Source: Anaerolinea sp. (GTDB lineage Bacteria; Chloroflexota; Anaerolineae; Aggregatilineales; Aggregatilineaceae). Taken from it: 56,423 nt of DNA. The stretch covers positions 1 to 56,423 of the forward strand of contig DYEN01000577.1 of assembly GCA_020725705.1 (NCBI GenBank), read 5' to 3'. A program made the position numbers and the translations under genes. The notes beneath the pieces are model-generated. The model was given only the letters and a program-made list of their open reading frames with translations. It ran no database searches and had not been told where the DNA came from. Positions within the stretch are counted from its first letter, which is position 1; every line of letters starts with the position of its first letter. This document shows positions 1 through 8,654 of this stretch, one piece after another.

Positions 1-23
1 CGGATGAGGGGTCTGAACACGCT

Positions 24-443
24 CTAGGAATCGCGCCCGGCCTGCTCGCCGCGAGCGACCAGTTCATCCAGCGAGATCGCCTGGCCGTCGGCGCGCAGAT
101 CATCGCGCAGGCGGTGCTTGAGCGTGCGGCGCTCGTCCTCGTCGAGCATCTGCAGCAGCATGCGCGAAAGCCGCGCATCGTCTTCAGCGGGCGACCGCTT
201 GGCTTTTTCGTGCCACTGCTCCGCCCCGCTTTGCTGGAAGGCCATGACCGCCCACGACAGCCACAGGCCGACCGTCGCCAGAAAGCCGATCAGGAGCGCG
301 AAATTGAACATGGGGGCGGTCGCCCCGCCGATGGAGCGAACCATCAGCACGGCGACCCAGATAAAGACCGTGCCGACCACGCCGGACACGACACTGTTGA
401 TCCGGTGTCGATTCATCAACCCGTCCCTTGCTCCATCAGGCAC
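24..443 (-). CDS. Small two-TM membrane protein with conserved charged C-terminal helix (paralog A); function unknown
   Basis: 139-aa ORF. Two hydrophobic segments (SVVSGVVGTVFIWVAVLMV; FALLIGFLATVGLWLSWAVMAF) are followed by the tail DARLSRMLLQMLDEDERRTLKHRLRDDLRADG. Collinear similarity to the adjacent ORF 459..851. The true start may be the internal Met at 416. Confidence 0.6.
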   Translation of the reverse strand: MPDGARDGLMNRHRINSVVSGVVGTVFIWVAVLMVRSIGGATAPMFNFALLIGFLATVGLWLSWAVMAFQQSGAEQWHEKAKRSPAEDDARLSRMLLQMLDEDERRTLKHRLRDDLRADGQAISLDELVARGEQAGRDS

Positions 444-458
444 TGCGCGCCCGGCCCG

Positions 459-851
459 CTATCCACGCCGCGCGCGGCGATCCTGGCCGGTGTCGCCGAG
501 CAAGTCTTCGAGTGCGACAGCCGCACCATCGGCGCGCAGCTCGTCGCGCAGGCGCTGCCTGAGCGTGCGGCGCTCGTCCTCGTCCAGCAACTGCAGCAGC
601 AGCGAGAGCCGGGCGTCGGACTCGGCTTCGGGGCTGGCGCGCTTCACCTTCCCCCGCTCGGACTGGTTCTTGATGAAATCGATGCTCACAAGCGCCCACA
701 CCGTCCACAGCGCGATCGTCGTCCCTACCCCGGCGAACAGCATAAAGTCCATAATGCCCAGATCGGAGCCACCCACCAGACGCGCCGCCAGAACGGCAGC
801 CCATATCACCACGGTTGCGACAAGGTTGATCAGTGTCGTGATGCGTACCAT
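459..851 (-). CDS. Small two-TM membrane protein with conserved charged C-terminal helix (paralog B); function unknown
   Basis: 130-aa ORF with the same layout (LINLVATVVIWAAVLAARLV; FMLFAGVGTTIALWTVWALV). Its tail DARLSLLLQLLDEDERRTLRQRLRDELRADG is almost the same as in ORF 24..443. Only 15 nt separate the two genes. Confidence 0.6.
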   Translation of the reverse strand: MVRITTLINLVATVVIWAAVLAARLVGGSDLGIMDFMLFAGVGTTIALWTVWALVSIDFIKNQSERGKVKRASPEAESDARLSLLLQLLDEDERRTLRQRLRDELRADGAAVALEDLLGDTGQDRRARRG

Positions 852-923
852 TGCATCGCTCCTGCCATGTCAACAGAGGGGAGTGTGTGTCTACGAAAAC
901 TATACGCAGCCGCGGCAGAAAAG

Positions 924-2282
924 TCACACAAGCGACCCGGCGCGGGGCCGCACGCGCATCAGCACACCCGCCCCGTGCCCCATACGCGGCTCAAGCGTCG
1001 CCCCCATGTGCAGGCTGACCCGGCGCGGCTCCGGTGCGAAGGTCCAACCCTGCAACAGCCGCGCCAGCACCAGCTTCGCCTCGGCCTGCGCGAAGGCCAT
1101 GCCCAGGCAATTGCGCGGTCCGCCGCCGAACGGCAGATAGGCATAGGGCACCTGCTCGCGCCGCCGCTCCGGCAGAAAGCGGTCGGGGTCAAAGGCGTCC
1201 GGATCGGGCCAGAAAGCAGGATGCCGGTGCGTGAGGAAGATCGAGTACAGCACGCGCGTGCCCGCAGGGATCGAATAGTCGCCGAACGTCAGGTCGACCG
1301 CCGCCACGCGCTGCCCCAGATGGATCGGCGGATAGAGCCGCAGCGTTTCGTCGATCACCCGGCCCAGATAGCGCAACCCGTCCAGATGAGCCGCGTCGGG
1401 CGGGTCCGCCCCCACCACCGCATCGACCTCGGCGCGTGCCTGGGCCTGCGCCTCAGGATGACGCCCCAGCAGATAGAGCGCCCACGCCAGCAGCGCCGTG
1501 CTGGTGTCGTGCCCGGCGATCAGCATGGTCAGAAGCTGGTCGCGGATGCGCGCGTCCGGCAGGCCGGAGCGCACCAGCGCGGTCAGCAGATCTTCGGCGG
1601 GCGCGTGCCGGTCGTGCGTGACGCGCCGCTCCAGGATGATCCCGTGCAGCCAGCCGTCGAGGGTGTTCCGCGCGGCGGTGATGCCCGGCTGCGGCGTGCC
1701 GCGCCACACCATCCACGCGCCGGGGGAAATGTAGCGCAGCACGCGCAGGATGGCGGGCCACAGACGATCGAGGTCGGGCGTCAGATCGATGTCGAACAGC
1801 GTGCCGGTCAGGATCAGCAGCGCGACACGGCGCATCTCGTTCAGCATATCCAGCGGGCCGCGCGCATCCCAGCAGGACGTCACCTGATCGGTCCAGCGCA
1901 CCACCTGCGGCGCATAGCCTGGGATGCGCGCCTTGTGGAGCGGCGGACCGAGCAGCCGCCGCAGCGCGGTGTGTTCGTCGCCGTCTGTCACCAGGACCCC
2001 GCGGCGCAGCAACCGCTGGACTGGGTCGCCCGGCGGACGCCACAACAGCCGGTCGCGTCCGGTGACGAGCACGAAGCGGTTGGCTTCCGGCCCGACCAGC
2101 ATCACCGCGCGGAAGACCGGCAGCGGCAGCCGGAACACGTCGCCCAGCTCGCCGTGAAAAACCCGCAGCGCGCCGAGGATGCTGCCCTCGCGCCGCGACG
2201 CCTGAAGCGCTTTTAGCGCCACAGCCAAACCGGCTTCCGGAATGGTTTGCACGACCCCCGTCTTCCTGTGCCCGCTCTGCAT
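924..2282 (-). CDS. Cytochrome P450 monooxygenase
   Basis: 452 aa. Carries the heme Cys-ligand loop FGGGPRNCLG, the I-helix motif AGHDTS and the K-helix ExxR (ETLRL). Co-directional with, and 14 nt downstream of, the ABC exporter gene. Confidence 0.93.
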   Translation of the reverse strand: MQSGHRKTGVVQTIPEAGLAVALKALQASRREGSILGALRVFHGELGDVFRLPLPVFRAVMLVGPEANRFVLVTGRDRLLWRPPGDPVQRLLRRGVLVTDGDEHTALRRLLGPPLHKARIPGYAPQVVRWTDQVTSCWDARGPLDMLNEMRRVALLILTGTLFDIDLTPDLDRLWPAILRVLRYISPGAWMVWRGTPQPGITAARNTLDGWLHGIILERRVTHDRHAPAEDLLTALVRSGLPDARIRDQLLTMLIAGHDTSTALLAWALYLLGRHPEAQAQARAEVDAVVGADPPDAAHLDGLRYLGRVIDETLRLYPPIHLGQRVAAVDLTFGDYSIPAGTRVLYSIFLTHRHPAFWPDPDAFDPDRFLPERRREQVPYAYLPFGGGPRNCLGMAFAQAEAKLVLARLLQGWTFAPEPRRVSLHMGATLEPRMGHGAGVLMRVRPRAGSLV

Positions 2283-2296
2283 GCCAGGCGGGCCGA

Positions 2297-4138
2297 TCAG
2301 AGACTGCTGCCGGACGCAGCGGCGAGCAGATCGGCCTCGCGGAACTGCATCTCATACAGCCGCGCGTACAGCCCGCTCGCCGCCATCAGATCGTCGTGCG
2401 TGCCCAACTCGACGATCTGCCCGGCGTCGAGCACCGCGATCCGGTGCGCGATCCGGACCGTGCTGAGCCGGTGCGCGATGATCACGGTGGTGCGCCCCTG
2501 CATCAGGCGGCTCAGCGCGTCCTGGACCAGATGCTCGCTCTCGCTGTCCAGGCTGGAAGTCGCCTCGTCGAGCAGTAAAATGCGCGGGTCTTTGAGGATG
2601 GCGCGCGCGATGGCGATCCGCTGGCGCTGACCACCGCTCAGGCGCACGCCGCGCTCGCCGACGACCGTCTCATAGCCCTGCGGCAGCGCCATGATGAACT
2701 CGTGGGCGTTGGCGGCGCGGGCGGCGGCGATCAGGGCGTCCTGGTCGGCGTCCAGCCGCCCGTAGAGGATGTTCTCGCGGATCGAGCCGCCAAAGAGCAG
2801 CGTTTCCTGCGGGACAATCCCGATCTGCGCGCGCAGGCTGGCCTGCGTGATGGCGCGCACGTCGATGCCGTCCACGCAGACGCGCCCGCCGGTCACGTCA
2901 TAGAAGCGCGGGATGAGGTTGAACATGGTCGATTTGCCCGCACCGCTCGGCCCGACCAACGCGACGATCTCGCCCGGCGCGATATCCAGGTTGACATGGC
3001 GCAAGACCTCGAGAGCGTCGCCATAGGTAAAGCTGACGTCCTCGAAGGTGATGCGCCCTTCGGCCCGCTCCAGCACAAGCGCGTCAGGCGCGTCCCGCAC
3101 GGCGGGCGGCGTGTCGAGCAGCTGGAAGACACGTTTGGTGGCGCCAAGCGCTTCCTGGAACGAAGTGTACAACCCGACGAGCGAGGCAAAGCTGCCTGCC
3201 ACCGTCAAGCCGTAGATCAGAAAGGCGACCAGCTCGCCGCCGGTCAGGCGCCCGGCCAGCACCTCGCGCCCGCCGAACCACAAGATCAGCGTCAGCGATC
3301 CGAACCCCATGAAGGCCACCAGCGGCGTGAACACCACCCGCACGCGCAGCAAGCGCAGCGCCGCGTTGAACGCCCGCCCGATGGCCTGGTTATAGCGCGC
3401 GATCTCATGATCCTCGCGCACAAACGACTTGACCTCGCGGATGTTCTGGAACGCCTCTTCCGCGACCACCGTCGCCGCCGCCAGCTCGTCCTGCACTTCG
3501 GTGCTGATACGGCGCAGAATCGCGCCGAAGATGAACCCCAGCAGGATCACGACCGGGACCATAAGCAGGATCGACAGCGTGAGCCGCCAGTTGATCACAA
3601 CCATGATCGCCACCGCGCCGATCATGGTCAGGCCCTGGTGCAGCAGCGTGTTGAGGTTGCTGGTCAGCGCGCCGCGCATCATCGTTACGTCGCTGGACAT
3701 GCGGCTTACCAGCTCGCCCACGCGCCGTTCGGTGAAAAAGCCCAGCGACAGGCCCTGGATGTGCGCGTAAAGCTGGCGGCGCAGGTCCATCACAATGCGC
3801 TCGCCGATGTAGTTCAGGTTGTAGGCTTCCACCAGCGAAACGAGCGAGCGGACGAAAAACACGCCCAGCAGCGCCAGCGTGATCCGGTTGAGCAGGCCCT
3901 CGTCGCCCTCGACCAGCACCGAGTCGACCACACTGCGGATGACCGCCGGGAAGACCAGCGACAACGCCGCGGCGGCGGTCAGCGCGGCTAGGGCCAGCAC
4001 CAGGCGCCATCGGTACGGGGCGAGATATCTCAGCATCCGGCGCCACTGGACCGGCCCGGGCGGGATCTCGGCAGGGGGTGTTGCAGCGCGACGACGCGTG
4101 AACAAGGCAGCCTCTTTCAACGTCCGGCGATACGACAA
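2297..4138 (-). CDS. ABC exporter, fused permease/ATPase (MsbA/ABCB-like)
   Basis: 613 aa. N-terminal multi-TM exporter domain, then an NBD with Walker A GPSGAGKST, signature LSGGQRQR, Walker B ILLLDEATS and H-loop IAHRLST. Confidence 0.93.
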   Translation of the reverse strand: MSYRRTLKEAALFTRRRAATPPAEIPPGPVQWRRMLRYLAPYRWRLVLALAALTAAAALSLVFPAVIRSVVDSVLVEGDEGLLNRITLALLGVFFVRSLVSLVEAYNLNYIGERIVMDLRRQLYAHIQGLSLGFFTERRVGELVSRMSSDVTMMRGALTSNLNTLLHQGLTMIGAVAIMVVINWRLTLSILLMVPVVILLGFIFGAILRRISTEVQDELAAATVVAEEAFQNIREVKSFVREDHEIARYNQAIGRAFNAALRLLRVRVVFTPLVAFMGFGSLTLILWFGGREVLAGRLTGGELVAFLIYGLTVAGSFASLVGLYTSFQEALGATKRVFQLLDTPPAVRDAPDALVLERAEGRITFEDVSFTYGDALEVLRHVNLDIAPGEIVALVGPSGAGKSTMFNLIPRFYDVTGGRVCVDGIDVRAITQASLRAQIGIVPQETLLFGGSIRENILYGRLDADQDALIAAARAANAHEFIMALPQGYETVVGERGVRLSGGQRQRIAIARAILKDPRILLLDEATSSLDSESEHLVQDALSRLMQGRTTVIIAHRLSTVRIAHRIAVLDAGQIVELGTHDDLMAASGLYARLYEMQFREADLLAAASGSSL

Positions 4139-4198
4139 GGCGGGACGGCCTCACCGGACCGCCCCGCCGCAGATTGTAGGTGAATCGACGACAAACGC

Positions 4199-5017
4199 CT
4201 ACACCCCAACATCACGGTGTTCCAGGCTCCACGCCGCCACCGCCACCAGAACCGCGGCCAGGGCCAGCAGCAGAAGCATCCCGCCGGGCCGCGGCCCGTG
4301 CAGCAGCGCGCGTTGCCCGTCGTAGTAATACCACGGCGTCAGCTTGTGCAGCCAGGCCGGAATGTCCGACACACCGGCCAGGGCATGAATCAGCCAGCTT
4401 CCGGCTGCCAGCGCCACAGGCACGCCCAGCGCCGGCCCGCGCGCGTTGCGCCAGCAGCTTAGCGCCAGGGCCAGTGCCGCGAAGAACAGCGTCAGCGGCC
4501 CCAGGTTGATTACCCCGGCCAGGATGCGCCCGGTGCGCATCGTCTCGAGATCGACCAGCTTCGCCCCGGCGACAAAGCCCAGAAAGGTCGCCGCCAGCAC
4601 GATCGCAACAAAGGCGACCAGCGCGGCGAACTTGGCGAGCACAACCCGCCAGCGCGCAACTGGCGTCGCCAGCAGCACATCGAGCGTGCCGCTCTCTTCC
4701 TCGCCGCCCACCAGCCCGGCCCCAAACGCGATCCCGAACGCGATCAAAATGACCGGATAGGTCAGGCTGAACACCTTTGTCGCCAGAAAACCCTCGACCG
4801 TCGAGATGTCCATCTCGCCGCCGGTCAGGGCCGTGATCGTCGGCCCCATGCGCTCGAAGATCTCGGTCAGCGTGGCGTAGTTTTCCTCGATGCTGGGAAA
4901 GAAAGTCACCAGATAGAGGCTCATCGCAAACAGGCCAAGCGCGGACCAAAACACCGCCGTGCGCATATCGCGTAGGGTCTTGAGGAAAATGCCGTTGACC
5001 ATCGCGGCGTTGACCAT
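4199..5017 (-). CDS. ABC-2 family transporter permease (paralog 2)
   Basis: 272 aa and polytopic. The N-terminal FLKTLRDMRTAVFW and the C-terminal PWYYYDG region parallel the neighbouring permease. GAGG lies 5 nt upstream of the ATG. Confidence 0.8.
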   Translation of the reverse strand: MVNAAMVNGIFLKTLRDMRTAVFWSALGLFAMSLYLVTFFPSIEENYATLTEIFERMGPTITALTGGEMDISTVEGFLATKVFSLTYPVILIAFGIAFGAGLVGGEEESGTLDVLLATPVARWRVVLAKFAALVAFVAIVLAATFLGFVAGAKLVDLETMRTGRILAGVINLGPLTLFFAALALALSCWRNARGPALGVPVALAAGSWLIHALAGVSDIPAWLHKLTPWYYYDGQRALLHGPRPGGMLLLLALAAVLVAVAAWSLEHRDVGV

Positions 5018-5130
5018 GAGGACCTCGCGCCCAGATGGGGCGCTGCTTCACTTTTCATTATACGCGCGAAAAAGGGCGCCCCGCAGCCGGCCTGGGAGCG
5101 CCCCCACTTGACTTCACTTGATGGCCGGAT

Positions 5131-5934
5131 TTACACGCCCAGGTCGCGCCGCTCGAAGCCCCAGACGCCGATCGCGACCAGCAGCAGCGTGACGCCCAGC
5201 AGCAGCGCGACGTTGAGCGGATCAACCCCCTCGCTCAGCGCGTATACACCGTTGTACCAGTACCACGGCGAGAGCTTCTGCATCCACGCCGGGACGTTGG
5301 TAACCTCGCTCATGGTGTGGACCAGATAGGTGATCGCCGCGACGGCGAGGGTCAGTCCCAAAGCCGTCCCTCGGCTGCCGCGCAGGCCGGTCAGGCAAAA
5401 GGCCAGCGCCGCAAAGACCAGCGCCAGCGGCCCCATGTTCAAGACGCCGGCCAGCAGCCTCCCCAGGTCCGTCTCGATGTCGACTGCCAGCACGCCGCCC
5501 GCAATCCCCAGCCAGACCGCCAGCAGCACGATCAAGGTGAAGGTGATCAGCGCGCCGAACTTCGAGAGCATCACCCGCCAGCGTGGCAACGGCGTAGCCA
5601 GCAGGATCTCGAGCGTGCCGCTTTCCTCTTCGCTGCCGATCAGCCCCGCCCCATACGACACGGCGAACGCCAGGATCATGATCGGGTAAAACATGCTGAG
5701 CAGTTCCATCGTCAAGAAGCCCTCGAACGTGCTGATGTCGAGCGCATTGCCGCCGAACATCGCCTTGAAGCTGTCCGGCAGGCTGTCGATGTAGCTCTGC
5801 ATGTCCGCGCTGGCTTCCTCGATCGAGGGATAGAGTGTGACGAAATAGAGCGTGAAGATGAACAGGCCGGCCACCCACCAGAACAGCGGGCGGCGCATAT
5901 CGCGCAGGGTTTTCAGGTAGACGTTGCTAAGCAT
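5131..5934 (-). CDS. ABC-2 family transporter permease (paralog 1)
   Basis: Polytopic. The N-terminal YLKTLRDMRRPLFWW and the C-terminal PWYWYNG are similar to ORF 4199..5017. Start chosen at the ATG at 5934, which has GGGAGGGG 7 nt upstream. It overlaps the ATPase stop by 8 nt. Confidence 0.8.
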   Translation of the reverse strand: MLSNVYLKTLRDMRRPLFWWVAGLFIFTLYFVTLYPSIEEASADMQSYIDSLPDSFKAMFGGNALDISTFEGFLTMELLSMFYPIMILAFAVSYGAGLIGSEEESGTLEILLATPLPRWRVMLSKFGALITFTLIVLLAVWLGIAGGVLAVDIETDLGRLLAGVLNMGPLALVFAALAFCLTGLRGSRGTALGLTLAVAAITYLVHTMSEVTNVPAWMQKLSPWYWYNGVYALSEGVDPLNVALLLGVTLLLVAIGVWGFERRDLGV

Positions 5935-6823
5935 GGTTGTTCCCCTCCCGACCATAGAAGGCGAGGAAGATATCTTCCAGGTTGGGATCCTGGCTGATCA
6001 TGTTGACGACGGTGTACCGGGCGGCCTGCTTGACGACCGGATCCAGCGGCCCGGCGATGGTGCAGCGCAGGTGGCTGTTGGCGGCGGTGACATCGCGCAC
6101 GCCCGGGATCTGCTGGAACGCTTCCAGCGGGGCCGGGCCGTCGAAGACGATCTCGATCTGGCGCAGCGCCTTGGCTTTCAGCGCAGCGACTTCTTCCACC
6201 GCGACCAGCTTCCCCTCGCGGATGATGCCCACGCGGTCGCAGACGCGCTCGACTTCGGGCAGGTTGTGCGACGACAGGAAGACGGTCTGGCCCGCCTGCG
6301 TCGCCTCGCGCACCAGGGCGTAGAATTCCTGCTGGATCAGCGGGTCAAGGCCGTTGGTCGGCTCGTCGAGAATCAGCAGCTCCGGCTTGTGCATGAACGC
6401 CTGGATCAGCCCGATCTTCTGCCGGTTGCCCGATGAGTACGCCTTGACCTTCCTCGACAGGTCCGCATCCAAACGCTCGGCCAGCTCGCGCACGTACACC
6501 CAATCCACCCCGCCGCGCAGGCTGGCGAGGTAGCGCAGGTTTTCCTCGCCGGTCAGCTTGGGATAGAGCGCCAGGTCGCCGGGCAGGATGCCCGTCCGCG
6601 CGTGGATTTTCAGCGCATCGGCGTGCGAATCCATGCCCAGAACGATCGCGCGCCCGCCGGTCGGGCGGATGTAATCCATGAGCAGGCGGATCATGGTGGT
6701 CTTCCCCGCCCCGTTTGGGCCGAGGAAGCCAAAGACCTCGCCTTCGCGCACGCTGAGATTCACGTCGATGATCCCGCGTGCCTTGCCATAGTACTTGGTG
6801 AGACCTTCGGTTTGGATAGTCAT
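5927..6823 (-). CDS. ABC transporter ATP-binding protein (ABC-2 type exporter ATPase)
   Basis: Walker A GPNGAGKTT, signature YSSGNRQK, Walker B LLILDEPTNGLD. Start taken at MTIQTEGLTKYYG (ATG at 6823). Confidence 0.92.
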   Translation of the reverse strand: MTIQTEGLTKYYGKARGIIDVNLSVREGEVFGFLGPNGAGKTTMIRLLMDYIRPTGGRAIVLGMDSHADALKIHARTGILPGDLALYPKLTGEENLRYLASLRGGVDWVYVRELAERLDADLSRKVKAYSSGNRQKIGLIQAFMHKPELLILDEPTNGLDPLIQQEFYALVREATQAGQTVFLSSHNLPEVERVCDRVGIIREGKLVAVEEVAALKAKALRQIEIVFDGPAPLEAFQQIPGVRDVTAANSHLRCTIAGPLDPVVKQAARYTVVNMISQDPNLEDIFLAFYGREGNNHA

Positions 6824-6972
6824 GGTTTTGCCTTTTGACAACAACCGCCGCCAGCCGGCGGCCATGCCAACGAGAGCAAGCACCTCGCCATACTCCAGTG
6901 TACGCGCAGTCAGGCGCTCGCGACCCCCTAATAATTAGGGTATCCTAATAATATGATTTGGCAAGGCTATAT

Positions 6973-7452
6973 TTAACCGTCGTCGGTGGAGTGCGCGTTC
7001 CACCGGGCAATTAGAGCCGGCAGCTCGCGCTCGAAGTAGGCGTATAGATCGCGCATCTCGGCCAGGCGGCGGCGTGCCGCAGGCGGCTCGTCGGCCAGCA
7101 CGTCCAGGCCGCGCTCGGCCATTTCGCGCAGGCGGCGCACCTCGACCAACCGGGCTTCCATCACATGGCCCCAGGCGTTCTCGCGCAGGCGGAAATAGTC
7201 GCGCCGCTCGCCCGGGATGCTGATGCGCTCGACCAGCCCAAGCTGAATCAGCAGGCGCGTCATGCTGCTGATCGAGCCTTTGCTGGCGTGCAGTGCCTCG
7301 GCCAGTTGGTGCATGGTCTGTTCCGGAGGGTCGCAGACCAGCAGCCAGCCGATGATCCGCCCGGCCATCCGAGTCAGCCCAAGCTGCTCGAAGTAAAGGC
7401 CGATTTCCTCGGCGTAGTGCTGCTTGCGAAAGGTGCTGTCCGTACGTGCCAT
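6973..7452 (-). CDS. MarR/GbsR-family winged-helix transcriptional regulator
   Basis: 159 aa. The N-terminal EEIGLYFEQLGLTRMAGRIIGWLL...MHQLAEALHASKGSISSMTRLLIQLGLVERI is a typical GbsR-like wHTH. It is the first gene of the minus-strand ABC chain. Confidence 0.75.
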   Translation of the reverse strand: MARTDSTFRKQHYAEEIGLYFEQLGLTRMAGRIIGWLLVCDPPEQTMHQLAEALHASKGSISSMTRLLIQLGLVERISIPGERRDYFRLRENAWGHVMEARLVEVRRLREMAERGLDVLADEPPAARRRLAEMRDLYAYFERELPALIARWNAHSTDDG

Positions 7453-7655
7453 CCACGCGGGTTCCCCTTCTGTATCGCCACGCCCACCATGATAGCCGAT
7501 TCTGTGTGTTCAGACAATACTGAACTGAGTAAATTCGCCGCCAGGCCGTGCGCCCCGGCACAGCGAATCCGCCCCGGCCCATCGCCAGCACGGCCGCTGA
7601 TGGGCTACACTCTGATCACCGGGATCGTATCGGTCGGGCTGCCGGGGCCAGAACA

Positions 7656-8654
7656 ATGAGGTGGGCCATGACGAGATGGAGTAAACGAGCCGGGATGGCA
7701 TTGGGATCGCTGGCGGGGGGCGCGGCGCTGGCCGCCGGTGGCTGGATCGCCTACAGCCGTCTGGCGATCGATCATCACCTGCCGCTGCCGCCCGCGCTGG
7801 ATGCGGAACGCGAGCGGTTTGGGGGTGGCTTTGCGGGCAGCCTGCACGCCTATGTGGACCGGTCGGGCGCGGGGGTCCCGCTGGTGCTGTTGCACAGCAT
7901 CAACGCGGCAGCCTCGGCCTACGAGGTTCGCCCGCTGTTCGAGCGTTTCCGGGGACGGCGCCCCGTCTACGCGCTGGAGCTGCCGGGCTTTGGGTTTTCC
8001 GAGCGAGCCAACCGGCCCTATACGGCCCGCGTCTACACCAACGCGATCATCGACCTGCTAGAAACCCGGCTCGACGGCCCGGCAGACCTGCTCGCGCTGT
8101 CGCTGAGCGGCGAGTTCGCCGCCCGCGCTGCTCTTGAGCGGCCCGCACGGGTGCGGTCGCTGGCGCTGCTATCGCCGACCGGGTTGGGACCAGACCAGGC
8201 GCGGCGCGGGCCGAACGAGCGCGTCCACCGCCTGCTCTCGTTCCCGCTGTGGAGCCAGGCTCTCTACGACCTGCTGGTGACGCGCCGCAGCATCCGCTCC
8301 TTCCTGCGCCAGAGCTTTTACGGCGAGCCGGATGATGGGCTGGTCGCGTATAGCTATCTGACCGCCCATCAGCCCGGCGCGCGTTTTGCCCCGCTGGCGT
8401 TCCTCAGCGGCAGACCCTTCTCCCCGGACATCCGCCAGGCCGTCTACGAAAAGCTGACCCAGCCTGTGTTGGTGCTCTACGACCAGGACCCCTACACCCG
8501 CTTCGACGCCCTGCCGGACCTGTTGATGCAGCACGACAACTGGCAGGCGCAGCGCATCATCCCGTCGCGCGGGCTGCCGCACTTCGACCAGCCGGAGCAG
8601 ACCTTCCAGGCGCTCGAAGCGTTCTGGCAGGGGCTTGAGAACGGCGCGAGCTAA
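7656..8654 (+). CDS. Alpha/beta-fold hydrolase
   Basis: Oxyanion-region LVLLHSINAAASAYE, nucleophile-elbow-like LALSLSGEF, and an N-terminal TM/signal segment. Start chosen at the ATG at 7656; the longer ORF from 7548 has no support. Confidence 0.75.
   Translation: MRWAMTRWSKRAGMALGSLAGGAALAAGGWIAYSRLAIDHHLPLPPALDAERERFGGGFAGSLHAYVDRSGAGVPLVLLHSINAAASAYEVRPLFERFRGRRPVYALELPGFGFSERANRPYTARVYTNAIIDLLETRLDGPADLLALSLSGEFAARAALERPARVRSLALLSPTGLGPDQARRGPNERVHRLLSFPLWSQALYDLLVTRRSIRSFLRQSFYGEPDDGLVAYSYLTAHQPGARFAPLAFLSGRPFSPDIRQAVYEKLTQPVLVLYDQDPYTRFDALPDLLMQHDNWQAQRIIPSRGLPHFDQPEQTFQALEAFWQGLENGAS

Noticed and set aside
114-2216. 700-aa plus-strand ORF spanning the small-protein and P450 region
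   Set aside because: It is antisense to genes with clear motifs (P450 heme loop, paired membrane proteins). Its translation is Arg/Ala/Gly/Pro/Gln/His-rich with no motif. This is a typical stop-codon-poor antisense frame in high-GC DNA.
2702-3991. 429-aa plus-strand ORF antisense to the MsbA-like ABC gene
   Set aside because: The same high-GC artefact. The opposite strand carries unambiguous Walker A/B and ABC signature motifs.
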